Numbered from the stretch's first letter, positions 1 through 11,048 are shown. The stretch: DNA of 64,000 nucleotides from Lingula anatina (GCA_051362555.1 CM120640.1:26460225-26524224); one strand, 5' to 3'. Translations and numbers: made by a program. Notes: a model not told the origin generated them from the letters alone.

Positions 1-146
1 GAAAAACTAGAGGTTTGTATTATCTATTCATTCATTCAAAATAAGTAATCAAAATGGAAAATACACACAATTATTTTTCAAGTTTTACTAGTCAGTAAGA
101 ATTGACATTTTTCTTAATTTAAAAATATTTTATTTAAATATTTCAG

Positions 147-254
147 CAACTTGCTAAAACCTATCAGAGTACAAATGATAGATGGAGAGCAATGACCTAC
201 CAGAAAGCTGTTGCAGCATTGAAAAGATATGACAAAGAGATAACATCATGGGAA
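147..254 (+). CDS. POLL: POLL exon ([36 protein letters not shown])
   Basis: tttcag| ... |gtgagt, 108 nt, phase 0/0; absent from the ORF track. Confidence 0.93.
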
Positions 255-3200
255 GTGAGTGGATATAATTCATTTTTTAGGGAACATATGAACATATTTG
301 TAAATACCTACTTTTCTTAGCAGTTGCATGTAGGTACTGTATCTGTCATGTATAGAATGACATCTCAATGAATAAATTTTCATGGTAGAAAAATTGGCAA
401 TTTTAATGCATTTATTTTGAAATGTTTGTATATACCCAACAGTCTTAGTTCATATCTTGGGGTTTTTAAGTACAATTAATACATTTTTTCTCATATGCTA
501 TATATTCTTCAGCAAGCCAAAGCCATACCAGGTATTGGTGCCAGTTTAGCAGACAAAATTTGGGAAATTGTTGAAAGTGGAGAGTTAAGAAAACTCAATG
601 AATTGTCATCAGCTGGAGATATAGCAACATTAAATTTATTCACTAATATTTGGGGAGCCGGACCCACTACGGCCAGAGCATGGGTGCAGCAGGTAAGACT
701 TTAGTTTTCCTAATGTTTCCTTTTTAATATTAATTGTGCATTTGCATTTTTTAACTGCTGCTTCCTGTGATGTTCTTTTCATTAGAACTGTATGTCATGC
801 CATTCATCTGATTATATATTTTGTAGGGTATGAGGTCTCTAGAAGATTTGAAAACAAGAGCAAATCTTACCCGTCAGCAAAAAATTGGTTTGAAGTATTA
901 TGATGAACTCTTGGACAGAATGCCAAGAGAAGAGGCTGCAGAAATTGAAGCCACTGTAAGTTACACTTCATAAAAGAGTAATTAAGATAGTTTTTGTTTT
1001 ATGCGCACATATTATGCAAACGATTGCCAATTGTAATATAAGGCCAGAGGCCTGTTTACAGAAATAAAGTCTCTCATTCACTAAAAAAGAAAAAAAATAC
1101 AAAAATTAAGATATTTCATTTTCAGTTTAAGGGATTATCTATCTTTTCTCAATGCAGAGTGATCCCCATGTAAAATATGCTAGCCTCCCCCCGCCGCCGC
1201 CGACTAGAATTAACTTTTGTGTGCGCTCAGCTCTCAGAAGCTGACAGTAATTTAGCATGAACCCCAGGGAGTTAGGTCGATCCAGATGGATTGATCTAAA
1301 TCTGTGGGAACCCAGTCTTAGATGAGAATTTCTTAATCGTTTATAATCATTGCTACATTTTGAATCAATTCCCCCAGGTGAAAGAGGCAGCCCTCAGCAT
1401 TCAATCAGGGCTGATAGCCATGGCCTGTGGATCATACAGACGTGGAAAGAAGACTTGTGGAGATGTAGATGTACTAATTACTCATCCTGATGGGCATTCA
1501 CACAAAGGAGTGTTTAATAAACTTCTTGTTAAGTTGAAAGACCAAGGTAAGCATTTTTTTAAATCATTTTTGTACCGAAGTGTAAGTAAGTCAGAAATAA
1601 GTAAAAGAAATGATAACAGTGATTTTCATGAATTTTTTTTCGTAAAAGTGTTATGCGGCACGTTTCCCTTGCCCAAATATAATTTTTTTTTTCATTAAAA
1701 TTCTGGACACAAGACCAATACTTGTCTATATCCAGTCTATATCCAGCTAATTTCTTTGAATTGGATGCATAAACCTCTGTCGTCCGTTTTCATGATGCCC
1801 ATTTTTTATCCTGAATTACCGATAGGTGCTAGTTCGCTTAGCGTTCATTTCATATTTACCACAGATTTTATTACAAAATAAATGCAATACTTATTTCATT
1901 GTATTTACTGTTGTAACTTGACCTTATATTATGCTGATACCCTGAGAAGTGAAAATATTTTGCTAGAACATATGAACAATAGTGAAAATGTTTGCAAAAT
2001 TCTAATTTCCTTAGGGCATATCGGGACGAATTATAATCGCGTATTACCTACCATATCACGCAAGTAGATGCGTAATGGCGAAAGACCACACCTTCCTTTT
2101 CTTGTGCGTGAATGAACATGCGAAGACATAGGCATCATGAAAACACGATATGTTGATTTTGAATAAAACGTCTTCTTTTACGAAGAAAATTGATGAACGG
2201 TTTGAGAATGGAACGGTTTTTTGCCGTCAGATCTGAGAAAGAAAAGGAGTATTGGTTAAGAAAATCACGGAATTTAAAGATTTCCTTTATGTCACAAAAA
2301 AAGGATAATTCTTAAGTCTTTCTTCCGAGGTGTAGGAAGCCGATGTGTCCATGGAAAAGTTCAACATGGCACGACCCTTTCTCTTTCTCTCTATCTCTTG
2401 GTAAAGACATTTAGGATTTACACCGCACTGATATGAATAGCGATGCGCCCACACAATACTCAGAACTACAGTATACTCAGAAAGGAACGTGTTACGTGTG
2501 ATGATGATGATTGAAAATTTACTGCCTTAAAGCTTTCCAATTTTTGCAGAATTTGCAAAGATAAAATGGCCATCCTTATGGGACAATTTGTTGAAAGAAA
2601 GTTGGCAATATCTTTATTACATGTATATCAAAATTAGATTGGAAAGTAAAATAGGTCGTTTTTTATGGACCATTTTGTACACCTAAGTGAAAAAAAGGGA
2701 ACTGATTGTGGTATGTTGATACAATAGTGCGATGTCTGTATTAAATTGGCACTCCCCGTCCAAAACGTTGACGTCGACGCATTTAAAAGAAAAGGTTTTG
2801 CGGTCTTCTGCTTATCTCACTGAACAATAATACTTATAAAGTTAACTTTATTGTGTCGTTTTAAATTCCAATGCCGCAAAGAATATGTCTATGTCTAATC
2901 ACAGAAAAAGCTGGTCATCATATCACGTTTCTTCTTATTCGGAATCACTGTTGCGGCGTACCACCAAAGGTAGTCTGTTAACCAAGAATTAAAAATATAG
3001 TTTGCATGATTTAACTCACCGTTCGGTGTTTATGTCTGCTAATTATGTCATTACTCTTTAATTAACGTCTGATAAATTCAAGATCAAATAAAATTGTAAC
3101 TAAAAGAGGACCATTTCTGGCCAAATGGACTGTTCATTCGAAGCCTCTTCCCTTCACTATGGGCCTCCTTTTTAAGGTTCATGTTAACGTAAACTGATCA

Positions 3201-6200
3201 AGTTCTTCGAATCCATATAATAACATCAAGATTCTTGATAACATGTGTATAGACAGGCGCTGGCAACAGGCCCGTACACTGATAGTGTATAGTTCAAACT
3301 AAAGTCTTATAAACGGAATATTAGATCTTAGGTTCAAATAAGCATAAAATTTACAAGATACCGTAATGTGGGCGGCTTGCCACTGGTAGAGTTGTGTTTT
3401 TGTAACATTTGAGTAGCTTCAGTTTAGTGTATTTTTTTACACGTTACAAATTACAAGAAAGCACGAAAACCCCATATGCTGTACGTATTTGATATGTTCG
3501 ATATGTGCTTGTACACGCTTAAAAAACGAAAGCACTGACGCGTCACTCCTCCTTCTACGTACAAGATTGTAGCAAAATCCACTTTGATATGAAAGACAAG
3601 GCGTGTATGTAGCCTGAGCTAGGATCCAACAGAATGTTGAGCCGAATCCTAGGGCCAATTGTGCAAATTCACACCAATTAACTTAACTTACTATCCCTAA
3701 ATTCCCTGTCATAGGCCTACGTGAATAATCATATACCCAGTAAATAACCTTCTCATCAGAATATATATAGCGTAACTTAAATATGCATACGAGAGATGGG
3801 TAACAGAAATAATTGCATTCTGTCGATTCAACCCCATTGTTACAGCATGTGATACAAAGTTTGACGTAGTTATTAAGTCATAACCGCATGACGAATCGGT
3901 TAGTTGATGTGGGAAATCTAGATTGGGTATCGACATAAAAGATTCACTTTGGTCGTCTCTGATTGGCTCAAAACAGGGATTGCCTCTAATCTAATTTCCT
4001 CTGACGCAAGTGTGGCGAATCACTCATTACTATAAGTACCTATGTTTTCACAGCGGCACCTAACTTAAATAGAGACAGCATACCACGAGTGCCATCCATG
4101 TCATTTGAAAGAGCAACTGTGTTTTTTTATAACATAATGTCGAAGCCTTCGCTGATGAGGAGAAACGCAATGTCCAACATATTTGAAGGACTCGATAAAG
4201 AGCACGGCCTGTCTTTAGCTGAGCGCAGGATGTACTATTACATGGATGCTTGTGAGGCTGAAAATCAAGAAAATGCAACCCTCTGTCCTCGAAATTCGTA
4301 TCGGAGAGGAGGATTAGCAAATATTTTAGAAGCACTGGATGTCATGGAGGTCACAACCCTGCGTAATAAACGCAACAGCGCTCCACATGAGCGGGCCTTT
4401 ACAGACGATGTAAGCGGAACTCCTTTGATTAAGAGACAGTGACGAAATAGAAAGTGAAAGTTGAATTGGAAGCAGCGCTTTTTTTTACAATTTGTGGAAC
4501 GATACTTTCGGCTTTCTTGTTATTCCCAAAGGTGAAACGACTCCCAGAAAATGTTGCTTGAACACTATACCAAATATAAATCCTGGAGATTGGCCAGATT
4601 AGCAGAGAGACTTCAGGTTCAACAACATGCCCACGCAAGACAAACTAAGGGAAGAATTTGTATGATGGTGTTATATAACTGGACCTTAGGTGATATCATT
4701 CAGTTTGAGAAGATGAAAATTCATTTTCTTGGCTAATATGATTTTTCAGCAGTGACATATCTGTCTCAGACATGTTTGGATGAAATGTCCTAGGAACTTG
4801 TGACTAACAGCACTTGGATCGTTGCCATTTGATTGTTGACAATGGGTTTTATCAGCAATATAGCTGATGACTTGGTTGTGGAGTTTGTTAAACAGGCATA
4901 TCAAAACAGTGAATGCACAAGGAATTATAGAAATGTGCCAATAGAAAAAATTGTCAATCAAGACCCATCAGACTAAATGAAAATATGAACAAACATAAAT
5001 GTGTTGTAAATATACACAATTTCAAGGGGGCTTTTATATCTTATTTATTTATTTACTTATTTAGATATATTCTGTAACTTACTGTATTTTAAAGTTTTTG
5101 GCTTAAGTAAAATACTTAACAAAACAGTATTATATATATTTATATTATTTTTAAAATGTTTGATGTCATTATACTTCAATCTTTCAGTTGTTGAAATCTC
5201 TTCCAACAATATGTATATTTAAATGTTCTATTATGATTTCATTGAAATGTTTTTATAATAAATTTTGATACACAAAACACATGAAATTCCATTTTGTTTC
5301 TTAGCAGGATATATTCCTCAGGCTAATCTCTGATATACATTCAGCATATCTGATTTGCAATTTTCCTCACGTCCATCCCATAAAAGACTGGAAAAACAAC
5401 ACAAAAAGATCTGCCACCACAACGATACACTTATATTTGTTTGTGGAGTCAGATATGATGTATGACAGCAAAATTACCCTGAGGTGGAATAAAACTGGTT
5501 TTACACCTGTCGTGCACCTACCTCACCTCAAATTTCAACAGGTGCATTTTACTAAAAAAAAAAAAAAAATGGTCCCAGTTTGGTTATTTTTGCAATCTCC
5601 AACCAAAGGTCTGCTTTTTTATTTAATTTTGCATTTTGATTTTGAAGAAAATTATTTCATTTAATTCCATATGTGCCAAGCTCAGTTTATTTAGTAAAAA
5701 GGGCTTTCCTTTCTTGCAGTTCTGTATTGCCACACTGCTGTTGATCTTTGTAGGTTTCCTTACTGATGATTTGGTTTCACATGAAGAAGTGGGAAACCAA
5801 AAAAAGTATCTAGGAGTCTGCAAACTACCAGGGGCTGGAAGAAAGGTTAGGGGAAAATATTACTTTGTCACATCTAAAGTGTACACTTTATCATACTGTA
5901 GTGGATTGGTAGGGGTTTTAATCCAAAGACATTTCAGATCTTTCAAGCCTGACTTTGCACCAAGAATGGATGGAATGTATTGTTCGGCCATGCTCTAAGG
6001 AAGGGTCACCTACTTTTTAAGCACTAAATTACCTGCAATACGTTGGCTTATCTAGGCCTGTCCAAATTATGGTTTTTATAATGCATAGGTTCCATCTTTA
6101 TTATGTAACTAAAAATGAAGCATAATTAAGATCTTTTTACAGTCTTTTTATGCATTGAAGTGGAGGGGTTAAGTCTATTTATCAAAGTAAATCATAACTG

Positions 6201-7321
6201 TTATCTTCTAAACTAGAAGGATTTTTTCTCCTTGTTTACAAAGACGTCTTTATGATAAACAAATAACAGAACTCCTCAGATGGAGAGAAAATGTGAAGAA
6301 ACAAAGAGCTTCATGGCCATAGCTGACATACTGACAGACCACTAATCAGTTCATGATCAGAGTAACATATATGACACTAACGGTGTAGGTTTGTTAATAA
6401 GAGGTGGGTTTCCATCAAACTGAAACTCCCAGTTAAAGGGATAACAATTGTTCATTTTGGCCAAAAAATGAATTTTCCTGGGGTAAATAACAATTTTCCC
6501 ATTCTTTTCTACATTCAAATTTAGTCCCTGGTTTTTTTCTAAGAAGTTTGCTTTTTTGCAATAATCTCTTAAGAGATTATTACAGACTATAGCCATCTAT
6601 GGAGGTCATATGGTTGGATGACAAGCACAGATTTTAGAATAATTGCTTTAACTGCCATTTTTGTTGGTGGAATAGAATATATTTTATTTCCTTGAGTTGT
6701 TTACAATGTTTTTATAATGAAATATAGATTTCATATGAAGAGTTGTTATCCCTCTAATGTATTTATTCCAGCATTATGTGAATTTCTTTCAGCACAGAAG
6801 ACTGGATATCATTGTTGTTCCTCATAGTGAGTTTGCTTGTGCCCTGATGTATTTCACTGGCTCTGCTCATTTCAACAGATCAATGAGGCACCTGGCTACA
6901 AAGATGGGGATGTCATTAAATGAGCACTCACTGAATACAGGTGTGGTGAGAAAGGTGGGTGATGTGGACAACATTGGTTTATTTAATTTTTGTCAAAATA
7001 GCCACACTGACACATTGTGTTAACTAAAAATCTGTCAGCTTTGTAAGGGGACCACAAAAGAGGAAGTTATCATTCCATGTAATGGGATTTTGACTTTGAA
7101 AGAGTTAAATAAATCCAGTTTTTCGGAGTCATTTTTTACTGCAAAGACTGGAACCTATGTTAAAAAGTTTTATACTTAATTTCAGCTTAATATATCAAAT
7201 TTTATCTTTGTAGAATGGGGAAAAGATTTTCAAAGGTACCCCTGTGTCAACTCCATCTGAGGAGGCAATCTTTGCAGAGTTTGGTTTACCATACAGACCA
7301 CCTGAAGAAAGAGATCATTAA
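147..7321 (+). CDS. POLL: DNA polymerase lambda (family X), 3' part; N-terminal BRCT exons lie upstream of the window
   Basis: GT-AG exons join(147-254,513-692,827-955,1378-1546,5754-5845,6793-6954,7214-7321) splice in frame. Protein has the 8-kDa lyase domain (WRAMTYQKA...IPGIG..LADKI), Hh[30 protein letters not shown] and C-terminal [12 protein letters not shown], colinear with vertebrate Pol lambda. Confidence 0.97.
513..692 (+). CDS. POLL: POLL exon (QAKAIPGIG...AWVQQ)
   Basis: cttcag| ... |gtaaga, 180 nt. Confidence 0.95.
827..955 (+). CDS. POLL: POLL exon (GMRSLEDL...[13 protein letters not shown])
   Basis: ttgtag| ... |gtaagt, 129 nt. Confidence 0.95.
1157..1317. mobile_element. Palindromic MITE family A (Harbinger/Tourist-like), degenerate copy
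   Basis: Shares ctgacagtaatttagc.tgaacccc(c)agggagttaggtcgatc..gatctaa with copies at 53413 and 57560; right end gggaacccagtc|tta. Confidence 0.75.
1378..1546 (+). CDS. POLL: POLL exon with catalytic GDVD motif
   Basis: ccccag| ... |gtaagc, 169 nt, [23 protein letters not shown]. Confidence 0.96.
3905..4060 (+). promoter_or_regulatory. Putative Pol II promoter of the nested intronic gene
   Basis: Reverse CCAAT (ATTGG 3962-3966), CRE/C-EBP-like TGACGCAA 4002-4009 and TATAAG 4031-4036, in canonical order ~60 nt before ATG 4098, within a CpG-rich island. Confidence 0.55.
4098..4755 (+). CDS. Small nested gene: uncharacterised 105-aa (spliced) or 114-aa (unspliced) protein with two PKA-pseudosubstrate-like repeats and an NES-like motif
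   Basis: ATG 4098 opens a frame to TGA 4440-4442. In-frame donor GAT|gtaagc after 4409 and acceptor ctaatatgatttttcag|CAGTGA at 4750 suggest join(4098-4409,4750-4755). Internal repeat [13 protein letters not shown] / [13 protein letters not shown]; promoter motifs upstream, ARE and AATAAA downstream. Confidence 0.7.
5041..5262 (+). promoter_or_regulatory. AU-rich element cluster and polyadenylation signal of the nested gene
   Basis: ttATTTATTTATTTActtATTTA at 5041-5063 (overlapping AUUUA); AATAAA 5257-5262. Confidence 0.45.
5754..5845 (+). CDS. POLL: POLL exon ([21 protein letters not shown])
   Basis: ttgtag| ... |gttagg, 92 nt, phase 1/0. Confidence 0.95.
6437..6753. mobile_element. TTAA-flanked non-autonomous DNA transposon family B (Kolobok-like)
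   Basis: ttaa|agggataacaa ... ttgttatccct|ctaa; colinear with 16318-16654. Confidence 0.85.
6793..6954 (+). CDS. POLL: POLL exon ([23 protein letters not shown])
   Basis: tttcag| ... |gtgggt, 162 nt. Confidence 0.95.
7214..7321 (+). CDS. POLL: POLL last coding exon ([20 protein letters not shown])
   Basis: ttgtag| ... TAA at 7319-7321; AATAAA near 8040. Confidence 0.93.
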   Translation, partial: NGEKIFKGTPVSTPSEEAIFAEFGLPYRPPEERDH

Positions 7322-7736
7322 ATACTTCAATTTGGAAATGGTCAAAAAAGATGTTACAGTATAATAGCATTTAACATTGAACACAAATTTATATTTCATA
7401 ATTTTAAAGTATCTGTGGAACAAGTCAGACATGCCTGTGATATTTATATTAGCAATTAGTCAATTCAGTAATTTTTTATGTTGTGGGATGGTCTTTTAGG
7501 TGCCATAATTGTTGTATTCAGTATGTTTGTAAAATAATATTTGGCGTAAACATCTATTAAGTACTTTTTGATAATTTTAATTATACTTCTTGAATTTTTA
7601 CACATAATTTTCTTGTCACAACTATAGTTGTGGTCTGAAAAGCATATATGATTTTACTGGGGCAGAAAAGGGAAGGTTTTTGTACCTTTTATATTGAAGG
7701 GCACATAGGCGGACAATGATGATTTATAATTTTTTT

Positions 7737-7944
7737 TACTGGGTTCCCATGCCTTAAACGATCCATGTGGATTGGTCTAACTCCCTGGTGAGTGCCACTA
7801 AATTGCTAGAATCAGCTAGGGGGTAAAGATAATTACCCCCTAACAGCTTTACTAGGCTGGACAGACATTTAAGCCGGTTAGGTTAATAGCAATTTAGTGA
7901 GGCTCCCCAGGGAGATGGATCCAAATATCTGTAGGAATCATCCC
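7737..7944. mobile_element. MITE family A copy (in POLL 3' region)
   Basis: ctaactccctgg..aattaccccct..acagctt..taggc..acatttaagccg..aatttagtgag.ctcccc core with imperfect terminal inverted repeats. Confidence 0.8.
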
Positions 7945-9350
7945 TTTGATTTTATTATATCTTCCCTATGATTTATTGGTTGAATGAATATTTAAGTTTT
8001 TATACAGTTATTACTGAAGTATATTGCAATATGCAAGTAAATAAAACATGGCTATCTTTTTGAACATTTGTTTGTATATTTTACTATTATTACATAATTA
8101 GCATTAATTACATAACATGCTGTAACTTCTGGTGTTATCTTGGAATACACTGACATTTGGGTTTTTAATCATATCACAAAGCAATCAATGAGAAATAATA
8201 ATAATAATAAATTTATTTTGATTCTAAAATCCATTATAACATGTTCAGAAGACTTAACATATACATAACACAATTACTTAGGAAATCTATAAGGAATTCC
8301 GAATAGATAAATGAAAAATTACAGAGCTTAACAACAATGAAATTTAAGAGTATTCTAGAAAAAAACATATGGATTCTCACATAAAAACACTCACAGTAAA
8401 TAACTAAAATGTTTAAGAAAAATAATCAATTCTAGATTAAAAAAACAAAACTTTGCTTTCAATATATTTTTTTGCAGACTTCAAAAAGTGATATCCCTTT
8501 TCCATCTTCTGAAAAAATAACATACTGACCTCAGTCAAAGTAAAAATGATTATATATTAGCTGATTTAATTTATGTAATTGGGACACAATTCTTATATCC
8601 TGGACTTTCCTTCCTGATAAAACTACTAATCCACCTTCTTGATGTCTACAGAAAACATAGTATCTATCTTTGACACCCCTATCTCATTGACACATGTTGT
8701 AAACAGCTGTAAGTTTTCTAAGTACTTCATGAGAATTGATTAAAATCAAATTGCCCTGATGAAAGACGTTTTTTACAAACAAAATTAATTTTAATCACAC
8801 TGCCATTTGTTACTATTAAAATACTAACAATTTACATATTTAAAAACAATATACATTATTAACAAATATATAATGCTTTTTAATGGAATGTAATCATTTA
8901 TTTTAATTTTAAAAAATAGTCCAACATGACAAAAAAAAAATAATACGAGACACAACTTGAGAGATTTGTACTTCAGAACAAACCAGATTACTTACCCTAT
9001 GCATTCTAATAATGACAAAAAATGATATATATAATGTATTAATGTATGGAGAACAAAGTAAAAGATATTAGCACTGCTCCAAAGAAAATATACACGGTGA
9101 AAGTTTAACAAAAACAGAAGCATAGGGATGGCACATAATTAAAACAGTTGATGAGGGGATTAACAAATTTTGGCAGCCATACAATCATTGGGAGTTCCCA
9201 ATTTCATCATATCTTATTATTTAACTATATTTGTCATGTACATGCAGTGCTTATTTAAAAAGTCAAGAACTTTAAAGAAATTGCTTTAAACATCATAAAA
9301 TAATCATAATATAAATATTTTTTTAATACCAGTACATCTTAAAGATAAAA

Positions 9351-11048
9351 TTATCCTTGTTTTTGCTTAAACATCTCTAAATTGGTACATGCTTTATTCA
9401 CACCAGCATTTTTTAGGATATTAACATCCCCCTGACGCATCTGATCATACTCATTAAAAACTGCGCCAATATGGAAATATTTATCCCGAGGTGCCACTAT
9501 TGGAGCAGTTTTGGGATATTTGATGCAAGAAACACTGTCATGACATAGGGAGTCCGTTTTAACCTTGGGCCAAATAACTGCATTCAGAAAATTCATGTCT
9601 TGAATATAGCCAGCACCATACCCTGCCATCATCTCCCCCCAACTGTGGTCCAGTAACTTCTTAAGTTTTTTAGGTTTTCCTCCAAACAACCCCCCTGAAA
9701 TTGCATAGTTCCCATGACTTGGGTGATCTCTAATACAATGAAATGCAGTATCTGCTGTCATCCACTCTTGAATGAGATTGGCCTCACGTTCTGAGAGGCG
9801 GCTATCTGTATCTCGAACAATGTAAGCTTCAAGCCTTGAATCATCTCCTGGTAAAAACCTCCATAGCATGGGTGCCAGTTTGTTTACAGTTCCTGCATCT
9901 AGAGTTAAAATTTCAGCCCCAAGTCTCTTTAAGTGTTGAACAGTGCCTTCACCTGGAGTAGGATATTTTGTCCCCTTTCCCACAACATAAAATCTGGCAG
10001 TCCACTGGGGAAGAAAAAGACGAGCTAACTGCGCATTTCTAATGGCACCGAAGGCATAGCGTGGACTGTCTCCATAAAGTGAAAATGAAATAACTCGATT
10101 TGCATTAGGTTTTACCTGGGCACCCTCCACCCATCTATCTATGAGATGTTTACTGGATTTCACAACAGCATTCATGGCTTCTAGTTCTGCACCAGCTGGG
10201 ATTGCTACAGTGATGGTGGACTTTTCACAACGAACTTTGACTTCTGGGTTAACAAAATACTTGTTGTCATACACTTGTTTCAACCACCAGTCTCCATACT
10301 TTCTTGCTTCAAATAAGTAAAAAAGACCAAAAATGTCAAAATGTCTTCTGTGCACGAATGAAAATGGAATAGGAGATTTTGCATCAATGCTGGCCACTGA
10401 AGGTAGCACAATCCCTAAATTTGCAGCAGGGCGACTTTTTGAAAGTATCTCAGTGAAATTCTCTGTCCATCTTTTACTTTCCATTTTCATCTTAGAATCA
10501 ACTAGATAAAAATAATTATTATTCTGCATAAATGCTAACCTCATGGTGTCAATAACAGCCATTGCTTTGTTTTCAAAATTCGGCACTGCTGCAAAGACCA
10601 AGGTTGCCTTGACAGAATGCAAGCAGGAATGGTTCATGGTCTGCACAAATGATTCTATAAGCATCTGACCACTTTTCTTGAAATCTTCATCCGTGTGGAG
10701 GAACCCAATGTAAAAATTGTACTCAAACCCCAGAGATGCTGTTAGACAGAAGCTATGGAGAAGAGTTTTGAAAAAAGGCACATTGACCATAAGAGCTGCC
10801 TGGCTCTTGTGTTTTATTATTTCTGCAGTTTCAACTTTGTCCATTGCTACAACCACAGCAACTTTATCAAGGTTTGATGATTGACTCCCTTGAACTTCTC
10901 TTGTATTTTCCCTTGACACATCTGTTAAATGTGTGATCTTCACCTCTAGTGGCCTTAATGATAAAGTTAACCGTTGGTTAAAGTATATTATCACCAGCAC
11001 CACTGCAAAAGCAGCAGCTACTTGAATGGCTGTCCTACCCCACCTCAT
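9351..11048 (-). CDS. Type II membrane protein (565 aa) with two tandem glycosyltransferase-like domains; CDS in a single exon
   Basis: Long uninterrupted ORF. A minus-strand acceptor ttttttcctcttttag| (exon starts at 11086) makes MRWGRTAIQVAAAFAVVLVIIYF (signal anchor) the likely start. Then a stem region, a GT-A-like domain (TLLHSFCLTAS..FVHRRHFDIFG..DWWLKQVY), and a second domain VISFSLYG..Y..GAIRNA..MLWRFLP..RDTDSRLSERE..FHCIRDHPSH..ISGGLFG..QDMNFL..HDS with a DxD motif. Confidence 0.88.
   Translation of the reverse strand: MRWGRTAIQVAAAFAVVLVIIYFNQRLTLSLRPLEVKITHLTDVSRENTREVQGSQSSNLDKVAVVVAMDKVETAEIIKHKSQAALMVNVPFFKTLLHSFCLTASLGFEYNFYIGFLHTDEDFKKSGQMLIESFVQTMNHSCLHSVKATLVFAAVPNFENKAMAVIDTMRLAFMQNNNYFYLVDSKMKMESKRWTENFTEILSKSRPAANLGIVLPSVASIDAKSPIPFSFVHRRHFDIFGLFYLFEARKYGDWWLKQVYDNKYFVNPEVKVRCEKSTITVAIPAGAELEAMNAVVKSSKHLIDRWVEGAQVKPNANRVISFSLYGDSPRYAFGAIRNAQLARLFLPQWTARFYVVGKGTKYPTPGEGTVQHLKRLGAEILTLDAGTVNKLAPMLWRFLPGDDSRLEAYIVRDTDSRLSEREANLIQEWMTADTAFHCIRDHPSHGNYAISGGLFGGKPKKLKKLLDHSWGEMMAGYGAGYIQDMNFLNAVIWPKVKTDSLCHDSVSCIKYPKTAPIVAPRDKYFHIGAVFNEYDQMRQGDVNILKNAGVNKACTNLEMFKQKQG

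Noticed and set aside
5500-5570. cacctgt..acaggtg stem followed by an A tract as a possible Helitron or retro-element end of the POLL intron insert
   Set aside because: Loop too long, no CTRR terminus, and no matching 5' end or TSD found.
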